DNA of 64,000 bases, from positions 47,370 through 111,369 of the forward strand of contig DAONTI010000010.1 in assembly GCA_035411585.1 (NCBI GenBank), written 5' to 3'. This document shows positions 15,891 to 24,714 of this stretch, piece by piece. Source of the DNA: Verrucomicrobiota bacterium (GTDB lineage Bacteria > Verrucomicrobiota > Verrucomicrobiia > Limisphaerales > MWDV01). Made by a program: the position numbers and the translations under genes. Each line of letters opens with the position of its first letter. Positions within the stretch are counted from its first letter, which is position 1. Under the pieces are notes generated by a model that was not told the DNA's origin, made no database searches, and worked only from the letters and a program-made list of their open reading frames with translations.

Positions 15891-16217
15891 ATGGTTTACT
15901 TCGCCGACGTGCCGTCAATTGCTGTTAGACGCCGCTGTTTCCCGCACGCCCTGGCCGTGTGGTTGCTGGTGGTTTTTGGCGTGATCCTGCTGCACTGGCT
16001 TTACGCTCAATCCTGCGGAGAACACGCGCATGGCCGGACGCATTATCCCTACTGCGCGCTCTGCCTGCTGGTGCACGGGCACGTCGCCCTGGCGGATTCG
16101 TTGCCGCCATTGCCTGTGGTAATCTGGCGGGTGGATGAGTCTTCACGGGAAATGGGGTGGCCGTTCCGCAGTTGGGGAACCTTGGCCGCGCCGAACCGGG
16201 GCCCGCCGGCGGCCTGA
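15891..16217 (+). CDS. possible small membrane protein with Cys/His-rich motif (DUF2946-like?)
   Basis: One TM helix (ALAVWLLVVFGVILLHWLY) is followed by CGEHAHGRTHYPYCALCLLVHGH. It lies just upstream of the metal-uptake operon. Coding status and start are uncertain, and the family assignment is from memory only. Confidence 0.3.
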   Translation: MVYFADVPSIAVRRRCFPHALAVWLLVVFGVILLHWLYAQSCGEHAHGRTHYPYCALCLLVHGHVALADSLPPLPVVIWRVDESSREMGWPFRSWGTLAAPNRGPPAA

Positions 16218-16322
16218 TCTGCTTTCCGTTTATCTTGCGTTGGGCCGGACGAATCTCCGGCAGAGTTGGTGATCTGAAAATCCGGGCGCGCTGGAAAGGG
16301 CCGCCGGGAAAACAAGTTTGGG

Positions 16323-17870
16323 ATGATTTCTATGAGATTAAGTTTAATGCGATGGCTGGGCATGCTCTGCATTGGAGGGGTGATGGCGGCGACAGCCCAG
16401 GGCGCCGGGGAGGTGGAGCAATTGCAACGGCAGTTGCGGGAGTTGCAGGAAAACTTTGAGCGGGTGATGCGCGAACAGCGGCAGCAGATCGAAGCCTTGC
16501 AACAGCAGGTGGAGCGGTTGCAAGCCCGCCAGCCGGCGCCGCCGGTCAAGGCTGAGTCTCCCCCGGTGGCGGAAGCTCCTGAAGAGTCCGATGCGGTCCG
16601 GCGCGGGTGGTCGCCCCCGGATCCCATCCGGATCGGACAAGGCGGGGCGTATATGGATATTGGATTGGTCGGGACGTTTGCGGTGGGCGGCTCCACCGCG
16701 CGGGATATTGAAGGCGGGACGCAATTGGGCGGGCACGATCCAAACCGGCGCGGGTTCACGGTGCAGGGGGTGGAAGTGGAATTCGAAGGGGCGGTGGATC
16801 CGTATTTCCGCGGCAGCGCCAATCTCAACTTTGCGATGGATGGGGAAGGGGAGTCGTTTGTCGAGTTGGAGGAGGCCTGGCTGGAAACGATGGCGTTGCC
16901 GGGGAATTTCCAATTGCGCGCGGGCCAGTTCCTGACGGATTTCGGCCGGTTGAATGGGCAGCACCCGCATCAATGGGCGTTTGTGGACGCGCCGCTGGTG
17001 ACGGCGCGTTTCCTCGGTCCGGATGGGTTGCGGAATCCCGGGGCCCGGGTCTCGTGGCTGATGCCAACGCCGTTTTACTCGGAACTATTTCTCGCCGTGC
17101 AAAACAGTCACGGTGCGGGTGCCGCCGGGTTTCGCGGTGGCGGACATCATCACCACGGCGGCCATGGTGATTCCACGGCGTTGCCGCTGGGCTACCGGCA
17201 CGCGGACAATGACCGTGGCATACGGGGCCTGGGGGATTTGCTATGGTCACCGCGGTATGCGGTGTCGTTCGATGTGACGGAAACCCAAACCGTGCTCTTG
17301 GGCGCCAGCGCCGCTTGGGGGCCGAATGCCAGCGGCGGGCGCGGAGACACCACCACCCAAATTTACGGATTGGATGGTTACTGGAAATGGAAGCCGGCCA
17401 ACGCGCACGGCGGTTTCCCTTTTGTCTCGTTCCAAACCGAAGGCCTGGTGCGTCGGTACGGACTGGGCGCGTTTGACTGGGCGGACGAAGCCCAGCCCCA
17501 AGTATTCACCGCGCCGCTGACCCCCGCCCGGTTGGGCCGCGAGACGGTCACGGATTACGGATTTTATGCGCAACTGCTCTATGGATTCCGCAAAGGCTGG
17601 GTCGCGGGACTGCGGTATGACGCGGTGACCGGCGAACGCGGGAAGTATGAAAAACTGGGGTTGACCGACGCCGACGGCGCCCCGTGGGGGCGCGACCCGC
17701 TCCGGCGCAAACGCTGGCGGCTCTCGCCCAACCTGACTTGGTATCCGAGTGAATACTCGAAAATCCGGCTGCAATATAATTACGATGAGCGCGCGGACCT
17801 CGGCGCGGATCATTCGTTATGGTTGCAGTGGGAACTCCTGCTGGGCGCGCATGGGGCGCATCGTTTTTAG
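16323..17870 (+). CDS. putative outer-membrane beta-barrel/porin with N-terminal coiled coil and His-rich loop
   Basis: Has a signal peptide. The coiled coil reads EVEQLQRQLRELQENFERVMREQRQQIEALQQQVERLQARQ. The long region after it has the alternating/aromatic pattern of beta strands and ends in ...LWLQWELLLGAHGAHRF (terminal aromatic). The His-rich loop GGGHHHHGGHGDS is encoded at about 17137..17175. The gene is directly upstream of the metal ABC genes. Confidence 0.65.
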   Translation: MISMRLSLMRWLGMLCIGGVMAATAQGAGEVEQLQRQLRELQENFERVMREQRQQIEALQQQVERLQARQPAPPVKAESPPVAEAPEESDAVRRGWSPPDPIRIGQGGAYMDIGLVGTFAVGGSTARDIEGGTQLGGHDPNRRGFTVQGVEVEFEGAVDPYFRGSANLNFAMDGEGESFVELEEAWLETMALPGNFQLRAGQFLTDFGRLNGQHPHQWAFVDAPLVTARFLGPDGLRNPGARVSWLMPTPFYSELFLAVQNSHGAGAAGFRGGGHHHHGGHGDSTALPLGYRHADNDRGIRGLGDLLWSPRYAVSFDVTETQTVLLGASAAWGPNASGGRGDTTTQIYGLDGYWKWKPANAHGGFPFVSFQTEGLVRRYGLGAFDWADEAQPQVFTAPLTPARLGRETVTDYGFYAQLLYGFRKGWVAGLRYDAVTGERGKYEKLGLTDADGAPWGRDPLRRKRWRLSPNLTWYPSEYSKIRLQYNYDERADLGADHSLWLQWELLLGAHGAHRF

Positions 17871-17976
17871 TGCGGGTATGAATGGCAACAATCACCAAGC
17901 AAACATCGCCGATGAGAGGCGACCCGGCCATCGCATCCCCGGTTCCCAATCTGAATTTCGGGAAGACGATCCACCA

Positions 17977-18972
17977 ATGAAACCGGCCAAACGCAGAGCG
18001 GGTATCCCCGGCGGATCGCACCTGCTTCGGTTTCGTGCGGTCGCGGGGAGCGTGCTGCTGCTGGCGGCGACGATTGTCCACGCCAAACTCAACATTGTGG
18101 CGACCACCGCCGATCTGGCCGCGCTGGCGCAGGCCATCGGCGGCCAGGAGGTTGCGATCACCGCGCTGGCGCGGCCCACGGAAGATCCGCATTTTGTGGA
18201 CGCCAAACCGAGCTTCATCGTCAAACTGTCCCGGGCCGATGCGCTGATTCACGGCGGGGCGGAGTTGGAATCCGCCTGGCTCGCGCCGTTGCTGGCCGGC
18301 GCGCGGAACGCAAAAATCCTCCCCGGCGCCCCCGGCAACATCCGGGCCTGTCAAGGCGTGCAAATGCTCGAAGTGCCGGATGCGTTGGACCGTTCCCACG
18401 GCGACATCCACGCGGCAGGCAACCCCCATTTTCTGGTGGCTCCGGAGAATGCCCGGATCGTGGCGACGCACCTCGCGGAGGTGTTCGGACAATTGGATCC
18501 GCCATCCGCCGCGTTGTATGCCGCGAACCGCAAGGCGTTCACCGAACAGCTCGAGGCGCGACGGCGGGTTTGGCGGAACGCATTGGCGCCGTTCAAAGGC
18601 GCGCGGTTGGTGGCGTATCACAATTCCTGGCCCTATTTTGCCCGCGAGTTTGGTTTGGAAATCAGTTTGTTCCTCGAACCCAAGCCGGGCATCCCGCCGT
18701 CGGCCGCGCATCTGGCGATGGTGATGGCCCGGATGAAAGAGCAACAGGTGCGGGTGATTTTGCACGATCCGTATCTGGACCGGCGCACCGCGGAAACGGT
18801 GGCCCGGACCACCGGGGCGCGTGTGGTGAATGTCACCCAGTATCCCGGCGGCGTGAAAGGCAGCGAGGGCGGCTATCTGGAAATGATGGATTACCTGGTC
18901 AACACACTGGCTCAAGCTCTGGCCGCCGCTTCCCCAGCGCCGCCGGCGGCGCCGGGCGCGCAACCGAAATGA
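17977..18972 (+). CDS. metal ABC transporter substrate-binding protein (ZnuA/TroA cluster-9 family)
   Basis: Signal peptide followed by KLNIVATTADLAALAQAIGGQEVAITALARPTEDPHFVDAKPSFIVKLSRADALIHGGAELE...GNPHF...YHNSWPYFAREFGLE, typical of ZnuA/TroA-type binding proteins. ATG 17977 was chosen; 17878 is also possible. The listed ORF from 17749 overlaps the preceding gene. Confidence 0.85.
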   Translation: MKPAKRRAGIPGGSHLLRFRAVAGSVLLLAATIVHAKLNIVATTADLAALAQAIGGQEVAITALARPTEDPHFVDAKPSFIVKLSRADALIHGGAELESAWLAPLLAGARNAKILPGAPGNIRACQGVQMLEVPDALDRSHGDIHAAGNPHFLVAPENARIVATHLAEVFGQLDPPSAALYAANRKAFTEQLEARRRVWRNALAPFKGARLVAYHNSWPYFAREFGLEISLFLEPKPGIPPSAAHLAMVMARMKEQQVRVILHDPYLDRRTAETVARTTGARVVNVTQYPGGVKGSEGGYLEMMDYLVNTLAQALAAASPAPPAAPGAQPK

Positions 18973-19844
18973 TTATGGACGTCAACGTGCCGTTGAGCTG
19001 GTCGGAAATCCTGGCGGTCATGCACCGGCCACTGGTGGCCTGTTTGTTGTTGCCGGGAATGCTCGTGTATTACGGGCTGCACATTGTGCGGCGGGGCATC
19101 ATCTTTGTGGACCTGGCCCTGGCGCAGATTGCCACGCTGGGCACGTGCGTCTGCCTTTTGCTGGGCCACGAAGCCACGGATCTGCATACCTATTATTGGT
19201 CGCTGGGATTCACCCTGGGCGGGGCGCTGATCTTTACGTTCACGCGACCGCCCCGGCACGCGCGGGTGCCGTTGGAAGCGTTGGTGGGCATTGTGTACGT
19301 CGTCGCGGCAGCGGCGGGCATCCTGCTGCTCAGCAAGAGCGCCCACGGAAAGGAGGAACTCCAGAAAACGCTGGTGGGGGATTTGCTGACCGTGAGCTGG
19401 TCGCGCATCTGGATTACCGCCGGGTTGTACGCGGTCATCGGCGCGACGCATTGGACGTTCCGCCGGATTTTCATTGCCCTTTCCTTTCAGCCGGATTCGG
19501 CGCGGGCGCGCGGCCTGAAAGTGCGGCTGTGGGACTTCGTGTTCTACGCGCTGTTTGGGTTGGTGGTGACCAGTTTTGTCCACGTGGGCGGGGTGTTGCT
19601 CGTGTTCTCGTATCTGATTGTCCCGGCGGTCTGCGGCAATTATTTGACGGCGTCGCTGCGGGCGGCGTTGGGGATCGGCTGGCTGGTGGCCACCGTTTCG
19701 AGCGGGGCGGGATTGTATGCGTCTTATCGTTGGGATGTGCCGACCGGCGCGGCGGTGGTCTGCGCGTTGGGGGTGGCGCTGTTGTTGGCGGTGATCCTGG
19801 CCGGCTGGCGCGAGCGAAAAAGCCGTATCGCCGCAGCCAAGTAA
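18969..19844 (+). CDS. metal ABC transporter permease (ABC-3/ZnuB-like)
   Basis: ATG 18969 overlaps the stop of the binding-protein gene (ATGA). 291 aa and polytopic, with a pattern typical of ABC-3 permeases (GIIFVDLALAQIATLG..., LLVFSYLIVPAV). The ORF-track start at 18570 is an in-frame upstream extension inside the previous gene. Confidence 0.85.
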   Translation: MIMDVNVPLSWSEILAVMHRPLVACLLLPGMLVYYGLHIVRRGIIFVDLALAQIATLGTCVCLLLGHEATDLHTYYWSLGFTLGGALIFTFTRPPRHARVPLEALVGIVYVVAAAAGILLLSKSAHGKEELQKTLVGDLLTVSWSRIWITAGLYAVIGATHWTFRRIFIALSFQPDSARARGLKVRLWDFVFYALFGLVVTSFVHVGGVLLVFSYLIVPAVCGNYLTASLRAALGIGWLVATVSSGAGLYASYRWDVPTGAAVVCALGVALLLAVILAGWRERKSRIAAAK

Positions 19845-20070
19845 AACCCGTCTCCCGGGCGCCGGAAATCTTTGCCGCTTTGGCCTCGCGCCCGGCGCAT
19901 TTGCGGGAAAGCACTTTCATCAACCGGCCACGGTCGTTGGTCCTTGGTGAGTTCACGGCCAACGAATGTTCGCTGCCGTGCGTCGCATGGTCCAGGCACA
20001 CGGCCGCCACAGGGAATGAACCCTCGGAGGTCTTGCGAGCGGTGGTTTTGGTGTTCGCGTCGGAAAAAAT

Positions 20071-21063
20071 CTAACGCGATGAGGCCCGGGCGGTTTTTAT
20101 CGGACTTCGCCGGCGGGTTGGCGGCGTTTTTGCCGAACAACTTGGTGTGGCGAGTAGGCGCTCGATTTCCCGACGCCGGGGGATGGAGGTTTGAGCCCCG
20201 ACCCGCGTCACGGAAATCGCCGCCGCCGCGCAGGCAAAGCGCGCCGCTTCCGCCAATGTCCGGCGTTCGGCCAGAGCCACCGCCAACGTGCCGTTGAAAA
20301 CATCGCCCGCCGCGGTGGTGTCCACCGGTTTGACTTTGAAGGCCGGGATCAAGGCGTGGCCCTCTGACCCGGCGATCAACGCACCCCGCGCGCCCAGCGT
20401 GATGATGACATGGCGCACCCCCCGGGCGAGCAGTTTCCCGGCGGCCTTAACGGCGGTGGCCGGGCTGGTGACCGTCATTCCCGTGAGCAGTCCCGCTTCG
20501 CTTTCATTGGGCGTCAGCAGATACACTTGGCGGAGCAACTTGTCCGGGAGCGGCCGGGCGGGGGCGGGATTCAAAATGACCCGCGCGCCGGCGGCCACCG
20601 CCAGGTCCGCGGCGGCTTGAACCGTGTTCAGGGGCGTTTCCAGTTGGAGCAGTAACACGCTCGCCCCGCGCAAGGCGCTTTTGGCTTTGACCACATCCGC
20701 CGGCGTCAGTTTCCCATTGGCGCCGGAGGCCACCGCGATGCTGTTTTCGCCGTCCTTGCCCACAAAGATCAGGGCCACACCCGAGGGGTGGGTCCGGTCG
20801 CGGATCACGTGCTTGACGTTGAGGCCGTCCGCCCGGAAGCCGGCCAGGGCACGATCGCCAAACATATCCCGGCCCACGCGCGCGACGAACGTGACCGCGC
20901 CGCCGGCGCGCGCGGCGGCCACGGCTTGATTGGCCCCCTTGCCGCCGGCGGCGATGGCGAATTCGCCGCCCAACAACGTCTCGCCCGGTTTGGGGATGCG
21001 GTCCAGTTTGATGATCATGTCGGTGTTGGAACTGCCGACCACCACGAGGGAAGGCTTGCTCAT
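20071..21063 (-). CDS. rbsK: ribokinase
   Basis: VVVGSSNTDMIIKLDRIPKPGETLLGGEFAIAAGGKGANQAVAAAR..., LTPNESEA and DTTAAGDVFNGTLAVAL (the PfkB anion-hole/DTxGAGD motif) fit ribokinase. Confidence 0.9.
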   Translation of the reverse strand: MSKPSLVVVGSSNTDMIIKLDRIPKPGETLLGGEFAIAAGGKGANQAVAAARAGGAVTFVARVGRDMFGDRALAGFRADGLNVKHVIRDRTHPSGVALIFVGKDGENSIAVASGANGKLTPADVVKAKSALRGASVLLLQLETPLNTVQAAADLAVAAGARVILNPAPARPLPDKLLRQVYLLTPNESEAGLLTGMTVTSPATAVKAAGKLLARGVRHVIITLGARGALIAGSEGHALIPAFKVKPVDTTAAGDVFNGTLAVALAERRTLAEAARFACAAAAISVTRVGAQTSIPRRREIERLLATPSCSAKTPPTRRRSPIKTARASSR

Positions 21064-21123
21064 AATCGGAAATCAAGTGCGTTGGTTCAACGGGATGGAA
21101 ACGATGGCTGCATCCGGCGGACC

Positions 21124-22134
21124 TCAGAGTTTGGACGCGATCAGGATCCCCAGACCCAGCAGGTAGAAGAAAAACATCGCGCCCAGAAGCGAGTTGGTGC
21201 CGCGCGGCGCGCCCTTGAATTCCTTCCAGATGAAGACGCCCCAAAACGCGCCAATCATGGTGGCGCCCTGGCCCAGTCCGTAGGCCAGCGCGGGATCGGC
21301 GGCGTTGGCGGCAATGATGCTGAAGCTCATGCCCAGGTTCCAAATCATGCCGCCCAAAATGCCGATCAAATGCAGGCGGACGTTGCCTTTGCGAAAATAA
21401 TCGCCAAAAGCCACCGGGGCGCCGGAGAGCGGTTTGACCATCATCACGCTGTTCCAGATGAAATTGGACAGCAACACGCCGGCGGAAAAGGCCACGATGG
21501 CGGTGTAGGGACTCAGTTTGCCCGCTTCCAACATCTGGGTTTCGCCCTCCATGCGCCCCATGGCTTGCGCGACAAAGGCGTAGAACCACCCCATCAGCAA
21601 GCCGGCCACCACGGAAATGACAATGCCCTTGGTGGGCGTTTTTTGGCTGGTGCTGGCCAGGCGTTTGTAAGCCAGTCCGTCCAGAATGATGGCGATCACC
21701 ACGCCCGCCACTCCCAGGGCCAGCATGGGGACGTTGCCTTGTCCGGTGACGACGTAGGTTGTAATGACCCCCAAAACCAGGGCCAGGCCGACGCCGACCG
21801 GGAAAGCCACCGCCATGCCCGCAATGTCAATGGCCGCGACGAGCAGGATGTTGGAGAGATTGAAGACCACTCCGCCCAGAAAAGCCGAGCCCAGCCATTT
21901 GGCGTCGGCCTGCTGCAAATCCGCCAGGAACCCGCGCCCCCCGGCGCCGGTACTGCCCATGGTAAACGCGAGAATGAGCGCCAGCAAAAGGACGCCGATG
22001 GCGTAGTCCCAATAAAACAATTGGAAGCGCCACTCCCGGGTGGCCAGCTTTTGGGTGTTCGCCCACGATCCCCAGCACAGCATGGTGATCACACACATGA
22101 AAACCGCGAGCGGATAGGATTCGACAATGACCAT
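21124..22134 (-). CDS. GRP-family (GlcU/RbsU-like, DMT superfamily) sugar transporter
   Basis: Ten-TM-type protein starting MVIVESYPLAVFMCVITMLCWGSWANTQK (ATG at 22134). It lies immediately upstream of rbsK on the same strand. The family call is from general resemblance to glucose/ribose uptake proteins. Confidence 0.7.
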   Translation of the reverse strand: MVIVESYPLAVFMCVITMLCWGSWANTQKLATREWRFQLFYWDYAIGVLLLALILAFTMGSTGAGGRGFLADLQQADAKWLGSAFLGGVVFNLSNILLVAAIDIAGMAVAFPVGVGLALVLGVITTYVVTGQGNVPMLALGVAGVVIAIILDGLAYKRLASTSQKTPTKGIVISVVAGLLMGWFYAFVAQAMGRMEGETQMLEAGKLSPYTAIVAFSAGVLLSNFIWNSVMMVKPLSGAPVAFGDYFRKGNVRLHLIGILGGMIWNLGMSFSIIAANAADPALAYGLGQGATMIGAFWGVFIWKEFKGAPRGTNSLLGAMFFFYLLGLGILIASKL

Positions 22135-22389
22135 ACGTTGACCTTTCTCTTCGGATGTTGGGTGGTTGTTTTGGTGCGATTTCGCTTCCACCGCAGTCTG
22201 AGGCAGCCCGGGCCGTTCTGTCAAATCCTGACTCGCCCTCCGACTGCCGCTCCGGCAGCACCGGCGGGGGCAAGGGCCGTCACGCGCATTATTGTGGTTG
22301 CCGTCGGGAAATCGGATTGACCGTGGTCAGTTCCGGCGGCAGGCTGCGCGTATGACGATGATTGATTTTGGCAACCTCCTCCCGCTCCC

Positions 22390-23616
22390 ATGACCTCGCG
22401 CGAACGCATCCTCACGGCTTTGAACCACCAGGTCCCCGACCGGGTGCCGGTGGATTTCTCAGGACACCGGTCCTCCGGCATCGCCGCCATGGCGTACGCG
22501 CGGTTGCGCGAATTTCTCGGTCTGCCCCGGAAACCGATCCGGGTTTATGATCCGGTGCAGCAACTGGCCATTGTGGACGAGGATGTGTTGACGCGCTTCC
22601 GCGTGGATACCATCGAACTGGGCCGCGCGTTCGCCCGTGAAGATCATTGGTGGACCGAATGGACATTGCCCGACGGGACGCCGTGTCTCATGCCCGTCTG
22701 GGCGAAACCCGAGTGGGTGGCGGACGAATGGGTGTTGCGCTCCGCCCGCACGGGACGCGTCATTGCGCAGATGCCCGATGGCGTCTGGTATTTCGAGCAG
22801 GCGCATTTTCCGTTCCTGGAACACGAAGACTTGGACCAGCTCGAAGCCGAATTCTCCGAGTGCATGTGGTCGGCGGTGGCTTCGCCGCCCGGGCCCATCG
22901 TCGCCGGGCCGGACGGCGCTGAACGCCTGTCCGCGGGGGCGCGGCAATTGCGGGCGGAAACCGATCGCGCCATCATCGGCTTGTTCGGTGGCAACCTGCT
23001 CGAACTGGGCCAGTGGTTCTATCGCAACGACCAATTTTTCATGCTGCTCGCCGCCGAGCCGGAGCGGGCGCACGCGTTTCTGGAACGGCTCACCGAAATT
23101 CACCTGCGCCAACTGGAACGCTTCGCCCGCGCGGTCGGGGGACACATTGACCTCATCCTGTTCGGCGACGATCTGGGCATGCAAAAAGGTCCGCAGATTT
23201 CACCGGCGATGTATCGCGAATTTTTCCAACCGCGCCAGCAACGTCTCTGGCGGCGCGCCCGGGAACTGATCCCCGCCCGCATCATGCTGCATTGCTGCGG
23301 CGGGGTGCGGGAGTTGTTGGACGGGTTGATTGAAGCCGGGTTGGAGGCCATCAATCCCGTGCAAATCACCTGTCGCGGCATGGACCCCGCCGGGTTGAAA
23401 CGCGACTTTGGCCACCGGTTGACGTTTTGGGGCGGGGGCTGTGACACGCGGGACATGCTCAGTCACGGCACGCCGGCGCAAATCCGGGAGCATGTCCGCC
23501 GGTTGGTGGACCTGTGGCGCCCCGGCGGAGGCTTCGTTTTCCAGCAGGTCCACAACATCCTGGCGGATGTGCCTCCGGAAAACATCGTGGCCATGTTCGA
23601 TGCCGTGAATGAGTGA
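22390..23616 (+). CDS. uroporphyrinogen decarboxylase (URO-D) family protein
   Basis: N-terminal MTSRERILTALNHQVPDRVPVDF, and C-terminal ...IMLHCCGGVRELLDGLIEAGLEAINPVQ...FWGGGCDT...PGGGFVFQQVHNI. Both are typical of URO-D/MtaA-like TIM-barrel proteins often found in PVC carbohydrate loci. Confidence 0.8.
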   Translation: MTSRERILTALNHQVPDRVPVDFSGHRSSGIAAMAYARLREFLGLPRKPIRVYDPVQQLAIVDEDVLTRFRVDTIELGRAFAREDHWWTEWTLPDGTPCLMPVWAKPEWVADEWVLRSARTGRVIAQMPDGVWYFEQAHFPFLEHEDLDQLEAEFSECMWSAVASPPGPIVAGPDGAERLSAGARQLRAETDRAIIGLFGGNLLELGQWFYRNDQFFMLLAAEPERAHAFLERLTEIHLRQLERFARAVGGHIDLILFGDDLGMQKGPQISPAMYREFFQPRQQRLWRRARELIPARIMLHCCGGVRELLDGLIEAGLEAINPVQITCRGMDPAGLKRDFGHRLTFWGGGCDTRDMLSHGTPAQIREHVRRLVDLWRPGGGFVFQQVHNILADVPPENIVAMFDAVNE

Positions 23617-23847
23617 ACCCCGGACCGCCGGCCCAGGAAAGTATCCAATCACCCGGCAAGCTAGGCATTGCTTGATGAATAAATATGCGGCATGTTGCCC
23701 TTGACGGAAAACGATTTTCCGGGCAGGATGGGCCGCGAACATGAACAAATTTTTTGTCCGTGAACAACCAAAACACAGTGTAACCAGCACGTAATCACAT
23801 CGTTGAATCCGATCTTCCAGACACAACCGCAACCATACTCATACCAC

Positions 23848-24657
23848 ATGACCTGTTCTCCCTACTTACGTCGGCGCCGGTCGGCGTTCACCTTGATTGA
23901 ATTACTAGTGGTCATTGCGATTATTGCCATCCTGGCGGCCATGCTGTTGCCCGCCTTGGCCAAGGCCAAGGAAAAGGCCAAACGGCTGGGTTGCTTGAAC
24001 AACTGCAAACAACTCGGCTTGGGCAGCCTGTTGTACGCGGCGGACAATGAGGGGCATCTGGCCGGCCACACGTGGAATTGGAATTCCGGGTATTATAATA
24101 CCGCCTTGGGACAGATCAGGAGCGGTCTAAGTGACCGGGACGGGCGGGACGATGACATGAACTGGCTGTGGCCGACCTATGTGAAGAATGGCGTGGGCGG
24201 CGCGGGGCAGAGCAGTTATGTCTGTCCGGCCACGCGGAATGCGGTATCCACCAACCTCATACGGGATACGGTGGCCGGAGTGGATAAATTGCAACAACTC
24301 TGTGACAATGCCCGGACGCCCAAGGACACCCGGGGCCATAGTTATGAGTGTTTCGGGAATCTGACCGGCTCCCGGAAAAAGACCGAGCAAGCGGTGGCCG
24401 GCTGGACGATCATCAACTACAGGCAGGCGCTGGGCATCAAGCCGGGGGCCTCGCAGATTTTCCTGATCACCGACGCGGATGATGTCCCGGAGCCCGGCAT
24501 CGGCGACAACGAGAATTATCCGGATCCAATGGACAACCACGGTGCGCTCGGCCAGAATGTGGTGTTTTGTGACGGCCATGCCGAATTTGTGAAGCAGAAC
24601 CGCTGGCTCCACGTTTGGAACCTTTCCCACGACTCCAACCATACCAAGGGCGATTAA
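23848..24657 (+). CDS. prepilin-type N-terminal cleavage/methylation domain protein (pseudopilin-like)
   Basis: [52 protein letters not shown]. Shares [26 protein letters not shown] and [19 protein letters not shown] with 9812..10570. The ORF is open from 23803. Confidence 0.9.
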   Translation: MTCSPYLRRRRSAFTLIELLVVIAIIAILAAMLLPALAKAKEKAKRLGCLNNCKQLGLGSLLYAADNEGHLAGHTWNWNSGYYNTALGQIRSGLSDRDGRDDDMNWLWPTYVKNGVGGAGQSSYVCPATRNAVSTNLIRDTVAGVDKLQQLCDNARTPKDTRGHSYECFGNLTGSRKKTEQAVAGWTIINYRQALGIKPGASQIFLITDADDVPEPGIGDNENYPDPMDNHGALGQNVVFCDGHAEFVKQNRWLHVWNLSHDSNHTKGD

Positions 24658-24714
24658 ACCATAACCACGGCAATCGAAATTACACCAAAAACCAAACACA
24701 AACCCCAAGGACCA

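Noticed and set aside
17548-18963. 471-aa minus-strand ORF opposite the porin and ZnuA-like genes
   Set aside because: Shadow ORF. The plus strand encodes a recognisable ZnuA/TroA protein with a signal peptide.
20504-22320. Overlapping ORFs 20504..21589(-) and 20788..22320(+) across rbsK and the sugar transporter
   Set aside because: They are out of frame or antisense to rbsK (clear PfkB motifs) and to the 10-TM transporter, and their composition is not protein-like.
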